Program-made: the position numbers and the translations under genes
Notes under the pieces: generated by a model
Told to the model about the DNA's origin: nothing
What the model saw: only the letters and a program-made list of their open reading frames with translations
Database searches by the model: none
In this document: positions 1 through 9,732 of the stretch, one piece after another
Layout: each line of letters starts with the position of its first letter
How positions within the stretch are numbered: position 1 is the stretch's first letter
Assembly: GCA_963755715.1 (NCBI GenBank)
Contig: CAVWLW010000026.1
Coordinates: 1 to 64,000 of the forward strand
DNA length: 64,000 nt
From: an uncultured delta proteobacterium
GTDB lineage: Bacteria; Desulfobacterota; Binatia; UBA9968
Reading direction: 5' to 3'

Positions 1-89
1 AACCTTTGCCAACTGCTGTGCGTTAGCTGGCAAGCAACGAGCAAGGAGCATGACGACGAACACAAAACCACCAATGTTTTTTCTACCAA
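1..89 (-). pseudogene. N-terminal fragment of ABC substrate-binding protein (PF04392-like), runs off window
   Basis: Manual translation ..KNIGGFVFVVMLLARCLPANAQQLAKV resembles the signal peptides at 515 and 1669; apparent frameshift near start. Confidence 0.45.
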
Positions 90-145
90 TTTTCTCCAGC
101 GTACTTTTTCCGCGCTCTGCCCACTGCCCAGCCCTTTGCTCACTT

Positions 146-290
146 TCATCTTATGACCCGGTCCCCCTCGCCAGCACATTCGGAGGAATCGTCAATAGAT
201 CTCGTTGGCGGTTTTTAGGTTAATGATCCACTCAAACTTTATCGGCTGCTCGACAGGAAGATCAGCGGGCTTGGCGACCGTTAAGATCTG
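146..290 (-). pseudogene. C-terminal relic of PF04392-type ABC substrate-binding protein
   Basis: Reads [37 protein letters not shown] with indels. Confidence 0.75.
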
Positions 291-332
291 TCGTCGGGTC
301 ACCACCACGGCGACACGGGGAAAGATCGTGAG

Positions 333-515
333 TTAACTGGGTCCCGAATTTATATTATGCTGATTCGGGAGGGGCTGCTGTTCACTATTGGACAACGATA
401 TTTCGCCCCGAACTGGCGAGGGCGGAACTTTCGCGTCCGTCTGCTGCGCCTCCGTGGACGACCAAAGCGCGAAGAGCATAGTGCAAAAAGCAAAGACCGT
501 GATTTTTTGCTTCAT
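333..515 (-). pseudogene. N-terminal relic of ABC substrate-binding protein (signal peptide only)
   Basis: MKQKITVFAFCTMLFALWSSTEAQQTDAKVP followed by unrelated sequence. Confidence 0.55.
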
Positions 516-562
516 GTTTTTTCTTTGTCTCGATCCACTCGTCACTTTACCCTTGCCCCTTC

Positions 563-610
563 TCATTTGATCACTTTGTCCGCCCGCGCCAGCACCTTCG
601 GCGGAATCTT
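563..610 (-). pseudogene. Isolated 3' end of ABC substrate-binding protein gene
   Basis: [15 protein letters not shown]. Confidence 0.65.
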
Positions 611-613
611 CCG

Positions 614-670
614 ATTTTAGATTTTGGATTTTCGATCCTTCGGTAAGACTCAGGACAGGTTTTAGATTGT
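614..670. repeat. Heptad (ATTTTGG-like) intergenic repeat with nested CTTCG..CTCAGGACAGG unit
   Basis: attttag attttgg attttcg; a related tract lies at about 3564-3597. Confidence 0.5.
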
Positions 671-674
671 TCGG

Positions 675-1669
675 TCATCTGATTACTTCGATCTGCTCTA
701 GCTAGAACGTTCGGTGGAATGATTAATCCGATCTGCTTGGCGGTCTTCAGATTGATGACGAACTCGAACTTCTTCGGCTGCTCCACCGGGAGATCGGCGG
801 GCTTGGCGCCCTTGAAAATTTTGTCCACATACGTTGCAGCGCGCCTGAAACATATCAGTACGTTCGGCAGCGTAAGCCATGAGCCCGCCGACCTCTACAT
901 ATTCCAAGATCCCGTAAATTGCTGGCAGACGACTCTTTGCCGCAAGGTTAGCGAGTCGCGTTCGCTCACCAAAAGAACATCGGGTCCTCTACCACAAGAA
1001 GCGCGTTGGCGTGCTTTTTTATCGCTGCCGCAAAGGCAGTGTCGAATTCGTCGGGATTAGGCACGTCCAATTTCTGAACCGAGAATTTGAACGCCCGGGC
1101 CGTCTCCTCCATCTCTCTCAACGCGAGCGCGCTGAATTGATTAGCTGGATTCGAGAGAATGGCCACCCGGGTGAGCTTGGGTACGATCTCCTTGAGTAGC
1201 TCCAGATGTTTACCGTATATCTCTGGACCGGCAGCGGTAGAGAGGCCAGTGATGTTTTCGCCCGGCCGACCGAGGCTAGCAACAAGTCCGGCTCGCAACT
1301 GGGTCGCTAGCATTCGACATAACGATAGGGATCGTGTGGGTCGCTTGCTTGACCGCACGGACCGGCGGATCCCCTCCGGCGGCAACGATGATATCAACCT
1401 TGAGACTGACCAGCTCGGCTGCCAAACCGGGAAGCCGATCCAGCTTGCCTTCAGCGGATCGCCACTCAATGGTCACATTCTGTCCTTCAACGTAGCCGAG
1501 ATCACGGAGCCCCCGCCTGAATGCTTCGGTGCGAACCGAGACAGCGGACAAGGAGGCCGGAACTAGAAACCCTATCCGCGGAAACTTTTTTCGCGTCCTG
1601 CGCATTGGCCGGAACGCTAAGGGCTATGAGCACAGCGCCAGCAGTCAAACCAAAAATATTTTTCTTCAT
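675..1669 (-). CDS. ABC transporter substrate-binding protein (PF04392/COG2984), multiply frameshifted
   Basis: Consecutive ORF pieces give signal peptide, [59 protein letters not shown]. Confidence 0.85.
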
Positions 1670-1719
1670 GTCTTTTTTCTCGATCCACTTGTCACTCGAC
1701 ACTTGCCACTCGCCCCTTC

Positions 1720-1918
1720 TCACTTGATCACCTTGTCAGCTCGCGCCAGCGCATTTGGCGGGAACGTAACGCCAATCTGCTTGGCGCTGTAGGAGGAAGG
1801 CCTTCACCGTCAAGCGAACCCAGTTGTGGCTGTTGCGCCTGAGAGGAAGCGGCGCTCCGAGGGCCAACAACAGAGTGAACGCCGCGAATGAAATCCTTAA
1901 TGCTTTGGTTCCTATCAA
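1720..1918 (-). pseudogene. Chimeric relic: signal-peptide fragment of a secreted protein joined to an ABC-SBP 3' end
   Basis: MIGTKALRISFAAFTLLLALG/AASSQAQQPQLGSLDGEGLPPT joined to [21 protein letters not shown] (1720-1785). Confidence 0.5.
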
Positions 1919-1936
1919 CAGGGGAACCTCCCTGTT

Positions 1937-3514
1937 TCAATTCTTTGCCAAAAACGCCTTCGCCTCTATCATCTCTTTCCGCTCGCCGTCCGCTTTGTCA
2001 GAGAGTGCCAGAAGTTTGCTGTAGTAACTTTTCGCCTTCGCCTGATCTCCCGCAAGCGCCGCAGCCTTACCGGCGCCGTAGAGACCGCGAAAGCGGTTGG
2101 GGTCCTGTTTTCCGGAAGTTTCGAATTCCTTCAGAGCATCCGCCGGTCGTTTCATCTCGAGCAGCATCTCACCGAGCAGCTCTCGCGCAGGCACGAGGCG
2201 GCCTGGAGTCACCGCATGCTTCTCACTTTTATCTTCCAAATCCGCGGCTGAGCGCATTAGCGTGAGCGCTTCGTCATGCGCACCTTTTGCGTAGGCGGTC
2301 CAAGCGGCACCACTCAACCGCTGCACCTCCACCTCGGTAGCCCAATAATCGTTCTTAGCAGCCTTGAGCCCGGCCACGATGCGCTCGAGCTCCTGCACCT
2401 CTTTTTCGGCGCCGGCGGCATCGCCAGTGCGAGCAGCCCCGAGGGCTCGCGCAAAGTGTGGCATCGCGTCGGTCTGTGGGAACTTACTTGTGCGTAGTTC
2501 GACCTGCGCCGCCTCCCTCCACATTCCACGTTCCAGTGCGACCCGTGCCGGTATCGCCGCCAGCGCGTACGCCGCGCCAATATTGCTAGCGCTCATTCCG
2601 GTGACGTTGAGCGCCTTTTGCATGATCGATCCCGCATCCATGTCGTGCGCGAGTTGCAGGTGAGCGTAGACCATGTAGTCCATGGCGTGCAGCCCGCCGG
2701 CGGCTTCCTTTTCCGCCATGGCCGCTTCGACCGAGCGCCGGTTGGTGGCCACCGAAGCTTGCCACGCTCCCACGCGGGTGAAGATATGCGAAGGCATGTG
2801 CAGTGCGTGCGGCGCCGAAGGCGCGATGTCGGCATAGCGTTTGGCTGCGTTCAGGCCTTTCTCCGCGATCGGCGGATAGTCGTAACTGTGAATTAAATAA
2901 TGCGCGACGCCGGGATGATCGGGGTGCTTCTTAAATTGCGGCTCAAGGATCTGCGCCGCCTTCAACGTATCGGCAAAAGTCTTGTCGTTCGGCGATTGAG
3001 TGGCGGTAAGATAGATTGCATAAAATATCTGCGCCTCGTCATCCTTAGGAAAACGCTTGGCCACGACTTCAAATGCGTCGGCGAGCGACTTCATGCGCGC
3101 GCTATGCGGGCGGTCTCCAAACCGGTCGTAGTATTCCGCGATCGCTTCAATGTAGTAGCGTTCGCGCTCGGTTTTCGCGCCGATCAATCGCCCGCGCTGG
3201 ATCGCTTCCTTGGCTTTTTGCGCATCCTGCGCAGTGGCATTGCCGGCAAATGTATTGCCGATCAGAATGGTAGCGATGCCCCAATTCGCGATAGCGCAAC
3301 TGGGATCGCGCTCCAGCACCTCTCTGAACGCTTTTTCACCCTGCTCAAACCAAAACGAGTGCAGCATCGCTACTGCACGGTCGAACTGGCCCTGCACCTT
3401 TCGATCGCAGGACGTAAGGAAAGTTACATTGCCAAGTTTTTCTTCGGCGTGTGTCTCAGACACAAACAAGAATGCCAGCGAAGTCGCCAACAAAAACAGT
3501 TTAGTCGGTTTCAC
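1937..3514 (-). CDS. Secreted TPR-like helical protein
   Basis: 525 aa, signal peptide, HPGVAHYLIH and HALHMPSHIF motifs, Ala-rich helical repeats, GGAGG RBS. Confidence 0.8.
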   Translation of the reverse strand: MKPTKLFLLATSLAFLFVSETHAEEKLGNVTFLTSCDRKVQGQFDRAVAMLHSFWFEQGEKAFREVLERDPSCAIANWGIATILIGNTFAGNATAQDAQKAKEAIQRGRLIGAKTERERYYIEAIAEYYDRFGDRPHSARMKSLADAFEVVAKRFPKDDEAQIFYAIYLTATQSPNDKTFADTLKAAQILEPQFKKHPDHPGVAHYLIHSYDYPPIAEKGLNAAKRYADIAPSAPHALHMPSHIFTRVGAWQASVATNRRSVEAAMAEKEAAGGLHAMDYMVYAHLQLAHDMDAGSIMQKALNVTGMSASNIGAAYALAAIPARVALERGMWREAAQVELRTSKFPQTDAMPHFARALGAARTGDAAGAEKEVQELERIVAGLKAAKNDYWATEVEVQRLSGAAWTAYAKGAHDEALTLMRSAADLEDKSEKHAVTPGRLVPARELLGEMLLEMKRPADALKEFETSGKQDPNRFRGLYGAGKAAALAGDQAKAKSYYSKLLALSDKADGERKEMIEAKAFLAKN

Positions 3515-3908
3515 TACAACCTCCTCTTGTTATTCAGCCCCCGTGGCCTACGGCCTAGTTCATTTTTGATTTGGGTTTCCGATTTTGGATTGCTCGATTA
3601 TCTAACTAAGCCATTCCCCGGGCCGAAGCCTTCATTGAACTGGGTTGCACAACCGGAGGCGCGAAAAGCATCGGACTACTTAAGAGCACGAACGATGCCA
3701 TCACCAGCCACGCAAGTTTTTCGACGGACGGTTGAATTCACGAAGCAATTCCCGGCATCAGCGAAGCCGACGAGCTGATTTGAGCGCGGCACGCAGCCGA
3801 TTTGATACGGTCCATAGCAAATTTGATTCACCCTCTAGGTTCAGGTCGATGCGCATAAGACGGTTTAAGTTCGAATGGGATCGATGTTGAACTGCGCAGA
3901 CATGAGCT

Positions 3909-3948
3909 AATAAAAAAGCCCGAGCGGTATGAAACCGTTCGGGCCTTT
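3909..3948 (-). terminator. Rho-independent terminator or attenuator hairpin
   Basis: Minus strand GCCCGAACGG-tttcata-CCGCTCGGGC followed by TTTTTTATT. Confidence 0.65.
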
Positions 3949-4144
3949 GGATTATCGATCTATGTTGCCAGCCTAAGCAGCGTCAGCCGGTGTCTGTCTA
4001 GCTCCTTATCCCACGGGCGGCTGTCAATCACAACCGAATCGAGCTGAGTGTTCTCGTGTGAGCGTTACCAGTTGTTCGCCGTTCACCATCTGCCGCTGAA
4101 TTGCTTGACAGCCAGTTGCCGGTGCAATATTCGTAAAAAACTAA

Positions 4145-4416
4145 ATGAAGCCGGTAAGACTCTCAGCTCATGCGCTGAGTTATGCTGTAAAGCGCGGATT
4201 CACAGTGGCTGACGTGGAAGAAACCATACAGAGTTGTCCATGGCAGCCCGCAGAGTTGGGGCGGTTGGAGTGCACAAAGAACTTTCCTTTCAACCGGGAG
4301 TGGAACGGAAGGACGGATGCGACGAAACAGGTTCGACCCTCTTTGTCGAAGAGGCGAATGAAATCGTCGTTATCGCGGTTTATACTTACTGCTCCGGAAA
4401 GGAGTTTTCGTCATGA
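4145..4416 (+). CDS. DUF4258-like putative toxin (frameshifted)
   Basis: RLSAHALSYAVKRGFTVADVEETI..KQVRP then LFVEEANEIVVIAVY in another frame; overlaps next gene (ATGA). Confidence 0.65.
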
Positions 4417-4630
4417 AAATAAGCTATGACGCCGAGGTAGACGCGCTAAGCTTACGTTTCGGGAAACCACGGTCACTACGAAGCATATGGGCGAAGGCAT
4501 AGCCGCAGATTACGATGACGAAGGAAAGTTGGCGGGCATTGAGATTCTAGACGCTGCTAAGCGCTTTGGCGGAAAGGAAACTCTTCGGCAAGTCGTCATT
4601 GAGGGGCTCGGTCCTACTACTCAAACCTGA
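4413..4630 (+). CDS. DUF2283 family putative antitoxin (1-nt frameshift; absent from ORF track)
   Basis: Manual translation MKISYDAEVDALSLRF/ETTVTTKHMGEGIAADYDDEGKLAGIEILDAAKRFGG; AAGGAG RBS. Confidence 0.75.
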
Positions 4631-4729
4631 CCGGCGTACGAGCGCCGTCCCCTGACTGCAGTTACTAACACGATCGCCACAATGGACACTGGGATTTTAC
4701 TGTAAAGTTATTAGTACATGGAGAAGCCT

Positions 4730-5923
4730 ATGAGTATACGAGGAAAAACAGCGGTCGTCGGCATCGGCGAAACGCCGACCGACCGGCTCGGCAGCAAGCC
4801 CGGCGAGCCGAAAAAATCGACGGCGGAATATCTCGCCTGGGCTGCGCGCCTGGCGATGGAAGATGCCGGGCTCACGAAAAAAGATTTCGACGGCCAGGGA
4901 CTCGCGGCGATCTACACGACCAATCATTCCCAGCCGTTTTGGCCCGAGGAAGTAGCGGCGATTCTCGGCATCACGCCGGGCGTTTCACTCGCCGGCGGCA
5001 ACGGCGGCGCAAGCTCGGTATCGCTGCTTGGCCACGCCGCGGCGGCGATCACTGCCGGGCTTTGCGATCTCGTGCTGGTCATCGCCGCTGCGGCGCCGTT
5101 CAGCGAACACGGCGGTCACCGCGGCACGCCCGCGGACACGCGCGATTACGAAATGCCCTTCGGTGTCATGGGACCGAACTGCAAAATTTCTTTCGTCATG
5201 AGCCGCTACATGCACGAATCGGGCATGACCGAAGAGCACTTCGGCAAGATCGCCGTCACCGGCCGTTATCATGCGTCGTTGAATCCCAACGCTTATCTGA
5301 GAAAACCGATCACCATCGAAGACTACAAAAAGTCGCGGCTGATTTCCGACCCGATCCGCCTGTTTGACTGTGTCATGCCGGCCAACGGCGGCAAGGCCTA
5401 TATCATGACGTCGGCAGAGCGCGCAAAATCGATGCGCAAACCGCCCGTTTATCTTTTGGGCTGGGGTGAGTGCAACAACGCCAGCTATGGACCGCGTTAT
5501 CGCGCCAATCCTTTAATCACCGGCATCACGCAAGCCGGCAAACGCGCTTTCGACATGTCGGGTGTCACGCACAAGGACATCCGCTGTCTGAATCTCTACG
5601 ACGATTATATTCCGATCGTGATGATTCAAATCGAAGACTTGGGCTTTTGCGGCAGAAACGACAAGGCGTTCTTCGAGAAAACCGATTTCACGTTCAAAGG
5701 CGATCTGCCGATCCAGACCAGCGGCGGCATGATCAACTGCGGCCAGCCGTCGACCACCGGCGGCATGCTGCACGTGCTCGAAACCGTCCGGCAAATTCGC
5801 GGCGAGGGCGGCGATCGCCAGGTGCCGAATATCAAGTTCGGCATCTCCACTGGCGTCGGCGCGGTCAATTACGGCAAAAATTTCGGCTGCACCGCGGCGG
5901 CCATTTTGGGAAGCGAAGCGTAG
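4730..5923 (+). CDS. Thiolase-superfamily protein (SCP-x/Ltp2-like)
   Basis: AVVGIGET, HASLNPNAY, SDPIRLFDC, LPIQTSGG; followed by a DUF35 gene. Confidence 0.9.
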   Translation: MSIRGKTAVVGIGETPTDRLGSKPGEPKKSTAEYLAWAARLAMEDAGLTKKDFDGQGLAAIYTTNHSQPFWPEEVAAILGITPGVSLAGGNGGASSVSLLGHAAAAITAGLCDLVLVIAAAAPFSEHGGHRGTPADTRDYEMPFGVMGPNCKISFVMSRYMHESGMTEEHFGKIAVTGRYHASLNPNAYLRKPITIEDYKKSRLISDPIRLFDCVMPANGGKAYIMTSAERAKSMRKPPVYLLGWGECNNASYGPRYRANPLITGITQAGKRAFDMSGVTHKDIRCLNLYDDYIPIVMIQIEDLGFCGRNDKAFFEKTDFTFKGDLPIQTSGGMINCGQPSTTGGMLHVLETVRQIRGEGGDRQVPNIKFGISTGVGAVNYGKNFGCTAAAILGSEA

Positions 5924-5949
5924 CGGCAGCGAATGATATAAACGACTCT

Positions 5950-6026
5950 CACCACGAAGGCCACGAAGAGCACGAAGTTTAGAAATTAGATGTCCGAACC
6001 TTCGCGTCCTTCGTGAGCTTCGTGGT
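5950..6026. repeat. CACCACGAAG-family palindromic intergenic repeat
   Basis: Three CACGAAG units, spacer, three CTTCGTG-like units. Confidence 0.8.
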
Positions 6027-6077
6027 AACGATAACATTTTCGCATGGCGCACGTAACACTGAGTTAGGAGATTTAAC

Positions 6078-6506
6078 ATGGCAGAAGAGAACAAAGTATT
6101 TAAGAAACCACTTCCCGAAATCACTCCGGTCAACCAGCCGTTCTGGGAGGGCGCCAAAGCCGGCAAACTGATGATGCAAAAATGCCGGGACTGCGGCACC
6201 TGGGTCTTCTGCCCGCGGCCGGTTTGCGGCGACTGCGCCAGTGACAAGCTCGAATGGGTTCAGGTCAGCGGCAAAGGTAAAATCTTTTGCTTCACGGTCG
6301 TTCGCGAAGTCGTCGGCCAAGCGCTGCGCGGTTTCGCGCCGGACATCCCTTACGTCACGGCGTGGGTCGATTTGGACGACGGCCCGCGCTTCTGCAGCAA
6401 CATCATCGGTTGCCCGATCGACAAAGTCCACATCGACATGCCGGTGCAAGTCGTCTTCGAAGACAGCGGCGACGGAATCACGCTACCGAAGTTTAAGCCG
6501 TCCTGA
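6078..6506 (+). CDS. Zn-ribbon/OB-fold DUF35 protein
   Basis: PFWEG, CRDC..CPRPVCGDC, GKGKIFCFTVV, PYVTAWVDLDDGPR. Confidence 0.92.
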   Translation: MAEENKVFKKPLPEITPVNQPFWEGAKAGKLMMQKCRDCGTWVFCPRPVCGDCASDKLEWVQVSGKGKIFCFTVVREVVGQALRGFAPDIPYVTAWVDLDDGPRFCSNIIGCPIDKVHIDMPVQVVFEDSGDGITLPKFKPS

Positions 6507-6632
6507 GGCCGCTGAAAAAGTTTCAACTGCTTCGTTGCGCTCGATCGCCTCGCTCCAACGTACTGAATAGGTACGCTTGCGCTCGTCGATTTTTCGCGCG
6601 CCTCGCGTTTGAAAACTTTTGACCGCCTCAGG
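6502..6632. mobile_element. MITE-like element with imperfect terminal inverted repeats
   Basis: cctgaggccgctgaaaaagtttcaa ... ttgaaaacttttgaccgcctcagg; internal cgtac-N7-gtacg hairpin. Confidence 0.55.
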
Positions 6633-6650
6633 GCGCATCGAGGATCCATC

Positions 6651-7211
6651 ATGAAAAAACTTTTAGGCCTGCTCGTCATGAGCGGCGCGGTTTTGGGCGC
6701 GCTCTTTTTTCTCAGCAATCTCGCCCGCACCAGCGTCGGCGAATCGACGCCGGCGATGACACTGAAACCGGGTGCGGCAATTCAGGAAGGTTCGATCGTT
6801 TCCATCGAATACACGCTCACCGACGATGCCGGCAATGTCATCGATTCCAACGTCGGTAAAGAACCGCTCACGTTCATCGAAGGCGCGGGGCAGATCGTCA
6901 AAGGTCTGGAAAAAGAGCTCAACGGGTTGAAAGTCGGCGACCAGAAAAAAGTGCGCGTGACGCCGGAAGAAGGTTACGGCCTGCCCGACCAGAGCGCTTT
7001 TCACGAGATCCCGCGCGACAAGATCCCCGCGGAGGGGCAAAAGCCGGGCGCCATGCTGATGAGCAAAGCTCCCGACGGCCGAACCATCCCCATGCGAGTG
7101 CATGAGGTGAAGGACAAAACCATTGTCGTCGACTTGAATCATCCGCTGGCCGGCAAGACTTTGAACTTCGACGTTAAGATCAAAGACATCAAAGCCGCGG
7201 AAGCGAAGTGA
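6651..7211 (+). CDS. slyD: FKBP-type peptidyl-prolyl isomerase, SlyD family, with N-terminal hydrophobic segment
   Basis: VSIEYTL, GLEKEL, PEEGYG, VDLNHPLAGKTLNFDV. Confidence 0.88.
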   Translation: MKKLLGLLVMSGAVLGALFFLSNLARTSVGESTPAMTLKPGAAIQEGSIVSIEYTLTDDAGNVIDSNVGKEPLTFIEGAGQIVKGLEKELNGLKVGDQKKVRVTPEEGYGLPDQSAFHEIPRDKIPAEGQKPGAMLMSKAPDGRTIPMRVHEVKDKTIVVDLNHPLAGKTLNFDVKIKDIKAAEAK

Positions 7212-7223
7212 ACAAATTCTCGT

Positions 7224-7303
7224 TGGAGTAATGGAGTGATGGAGTAATGGTTTGATGCCGTAGACCCAACACCCCAATACTCCAGCACTCCACCACTCCA
7301 ATC
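7224..7303. repeat. Octamer (GGAGTAAT/ATACTCCA) inverted repeat
   Basis: tggagtaa tggagtga tggagtaa ... atactcca gcactcca ccactcca; half copies near 44322 and 60860. Confidence 0.7.
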
Positions 7304-7308
7304 CCCCC

Positions 7309-8595
7309 ATGCGCCCCAAGTTCTTCTACGGCTACGTCATCCTCGGCCTGTGCTTCATCAATATGGTGGTGATGCGCGGCGTCAACGGCGCTTTCGGGGT
7401 CTACTACTTGGCCTTGCTGGAAGAATTCGGTTGGTCGAGGAGCGACGGCGCTTCCATCGCTTCGATCAACTTCGTCGTCTATGCGTTGGCTGCGCCGGTG
7501 GTTGGCTTCGCTTTCGATCGCCTCGGTCCGCGTTTGCTCATGCCGTTGGGCGCCGCGCTTGTCGGTCTCGGCTTTCTTCTTTCTTCTTTTTCCACTTCGC
7601 TATTGCATCTCCACTTTTCATACGGCGTGGTCACGGCGTTGGGCCAAGGAGCGCTCGGGTTTGTCGGTCACAACGCGCTCATTTCGTTCTGGTTCGTGCG
7701 CCAGCGCGCGACGGCCATCGGCATCGCTTCCATGGGGCAAGGCTTGGGCGCTCTCGTGATGGTGCCGGCGACGCAAATGTTGATCAGCTCCATCGGCTGG
7801 CGCTGGACCTATATCGTCACCGGCAGTCTCTTGTTGTTTCTTTTGGTGCCGGCCAACGCGTTCTTTCAGCGCCGCGCGCCGCAAGATGTCGGACAATTCC
7901 CCGACGGCGAAGAGGCGCCGGCGCCGCTGCAGGTCGCGCGCCAGGCGGCGAGCCGCCAGGCACAGCGCGACTGGGCGCTCGGCGAAGCGGCTCGCTCCCT
8001 GCCCTTCTGGTACATCACGATTGGTCATTTAGCGCTCGGCACCGCGCTATTCTTGATCAATACCCACGTGATCGCGCACTTTGTCGCGGTCGGCTATGAA
8101 AAACTCGCCGCTTCTTTTTACTTCGGATTGATCGGCTTCATCCGCATCGGCGCGACCATATTTTGGGGATCGATCTCCGACCGGTTGGGCCGCAGTACGG
8201 CGTACGGCATCGCCATCCTCGTCACCGGGTTGGGCGTCGGTGGCATGATTGCGATGACTGTCGGCGCGCCGCTTTGGCTCGTCTATCTCACCATCGCGCT
8301 CTACGGCGTCGGCCACAGCGCCGGCAATCCGACGTACGGCGCGGTCATCGGCGATATTTTTGCCGGCCGCAGGATCGGGCTCATTTTCGGTTTCCTGGAA
8401 ATCAGCTTCGGGCTCGGCAGCGCCTTCGGCTCGTGGATCGGCGGTTATCTCTTCGACACCACTGGCTCCTATGCCTGGTCATTCACGCTATGCCTTGTTT
8501 GTTTTGCTATCTCCGGCCTGGCGATTCACACCTGCACACGCTGGCAAGCGCGCGAGACGGGGCGCGCATTGACAGCAGAAGAAACCCTCGCTTAG
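7309..8595 (+). CDS. MFS transporter
   Basis: About 12 hydrophobic segments, FDRLGPR and SDRLGR motif A. Confidence 0.92.
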   Translation: MRPKFFYGYVILGLCFINMVVMRGVNGAFGVYYLALLEEFGWSRSDGASIASINFVVYALAAPVVGFAFDRLGPRLLMPLGAALVGLGFLLSSFSTSLLHLHFSYGVVTALGQGALGFVGHNALISFWFVRQRATAIGIASMGQGLGALVMVPATQMLISSIGWRWTYIVTGSLLLFLLVPANAFFQRRAPQDVGQFPDGEEAPAPLQVARQAASRQAQRDWALGEAARSLPFWYITIGHLALGTALFLINTHVIAHFVAVGYEKLAASFYFGLIGFIRIGATIFWGSISDRLGRSTAYGIAILVTGLGVGGMIAMTVGAPLWLVYLTIALYGVGHSAGNPTYGAVIGDIFAGRRIGLIFGFLEISFGLGSAFGSWIGGYLFDTTGSYAWSFTLCLVCFAISGLAIHTCTRWQARETGRALTAEETLA

Positions 8596-8620
8596 ATTTT
8601 CACCGTCGGAGGACAAGCAA

Positions 8621-9619
8621 ATGCCGATGAATTTTTGTCTGCACAGTTCGGCGCGCTCGGTTCAAGAAGCGGTGACACGCGCTCAACGCGCCGAACAGCT
8701 TGGCTTTGAAGCGATCTTTTTCGCCGACAGCCAGATGAACAATGTCGATCCCTATCAAGCCATGGCGCTGTGCGCGGTGAATACGAAGAGAATTCGCTTC
8801 GGCACCGCCGTGACCAACATGGTTTATCGCGATCCGACGATCACGGCGAATTCCTTCGCCACCCTGAACGAGATTTCCCAAGGCCGCGCGATCATCGGCA
8901 TGGGCACGGGCGACGGTCCGGTTTACAGCCTCGGTCGAACGGCGACCAAGCTCGTCGATTTCGAAAAAGGTCTCCGCACCATCCGTGATCTGCTGCACGA
9001 CCGCGGCATCGACGTGCCGAAAAGCGAGGAGCGCGCCGGCGGCAACGTCAGGCTCAAAGTCGGCAAGCGTCCCGTGCCGATCTACATTTCCGCCGAAGGA
9101 CCGAAGACCCTGCGCGTTGCCGGGCGGACCTGCGACGGCGTTATTCTCGGCGCCGGCTTCGACAAGCAAGTGACGGACTGGGCGCGCCGGCGCATCGCTG
9201 AGGGCGCAAAAGACGAAAGCCGCAGATTAGAGGACATCGACATCATGCCCGCCGGCATGATCGTCGTCGATGAAAACGGCGCTCTGGCGCGCCGCCGCGT
9301 GCGCTCGCGCATGGCCAATCGCGCGCACCACAATTTTCGCTTCACGATGGAAACCGTTCCCGAGGGCGAGGCGGCGGGGGTGCAGCGTTTTATGGATAAT
9401 TTCGATATCTCGAAACCGATCGAAGAGCGGATCGATCCCGATTTCGTCACCGATTATCTGGTCGAGCGTTTCACCATTGCCGGCACGCCGCAGGAGTGCA
9501 TCGCCAAAGTGAAGAAGCTGGAAGCCGACGGCATCCAGCGAATCTTGCTCACCCCGCCCAACGCCATTTACGATCAAGTCATGGACGCTTGGGGCACGCG
9601 GGTGATTCAAAAATATTAG
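8621..9619 (+). CDS. LLM-class flavin/F420-dependent oxidoreductase
   Basis: AEQLGFE, IRFGTAVTN..RDP, ATLNEISQGRAIIGMG.GD, PIYISAEGPKTL. Confidence 0.9.
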   Translation: MPMNFCLHSSARSVQEAVTRAQRAEQLGFEAIFFADSQMNNVDPYQAMALCAVNTKRIRFGTAVTNMVYRDPTITANSFATLNEISQGRAIIGMGTGDGPVYSLGRTATKLVDFEKGLRTIRDLLHDRGIDVPKSEERAGGNVRLKVGKRPVPIYISAEGPKTLRVAGRTCDGVILGAGFDKQVTDWARRRIAEGAKDESRRLEDIDIMPAGMIVVDENGALARRRVRSRMANRAHHNFRFTMETVPEGEAAGVQRFMDNFDISKPIEERIDPDFVTDYLVERFTIAGTPQECIAKVKKLEADGIQRILLTPPNAIYDQVMDAWGTRVIQKY

Positions 9620-9732
9620 CATTGCGCTGTCCGCCTTAACTTTCTATCGCCGCAAGCCGCTCGCTTCGTTGTGTTCATGCCAATCCCCGTATAAGGTGAT
9701 GACATCAAACAATCTATTCGAGGAGATACTGG

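Noticed and set aside
2900-3778. Long antisense or alternate-frame ORFs (also 5513-6247, 9616-10434, 14681-15499, 41830-42720, 55286-56320)
   Set aside because: Shadows of well-supported genes in high-GC DNA; no recognisable motifs
5950-6026. CACGAAG, GGAGTAAT and heptad repeats as CRISPR arrays
   Set aside because: Short 7-9 nt units in inverted arrangement, no unique spacers, no cas genes
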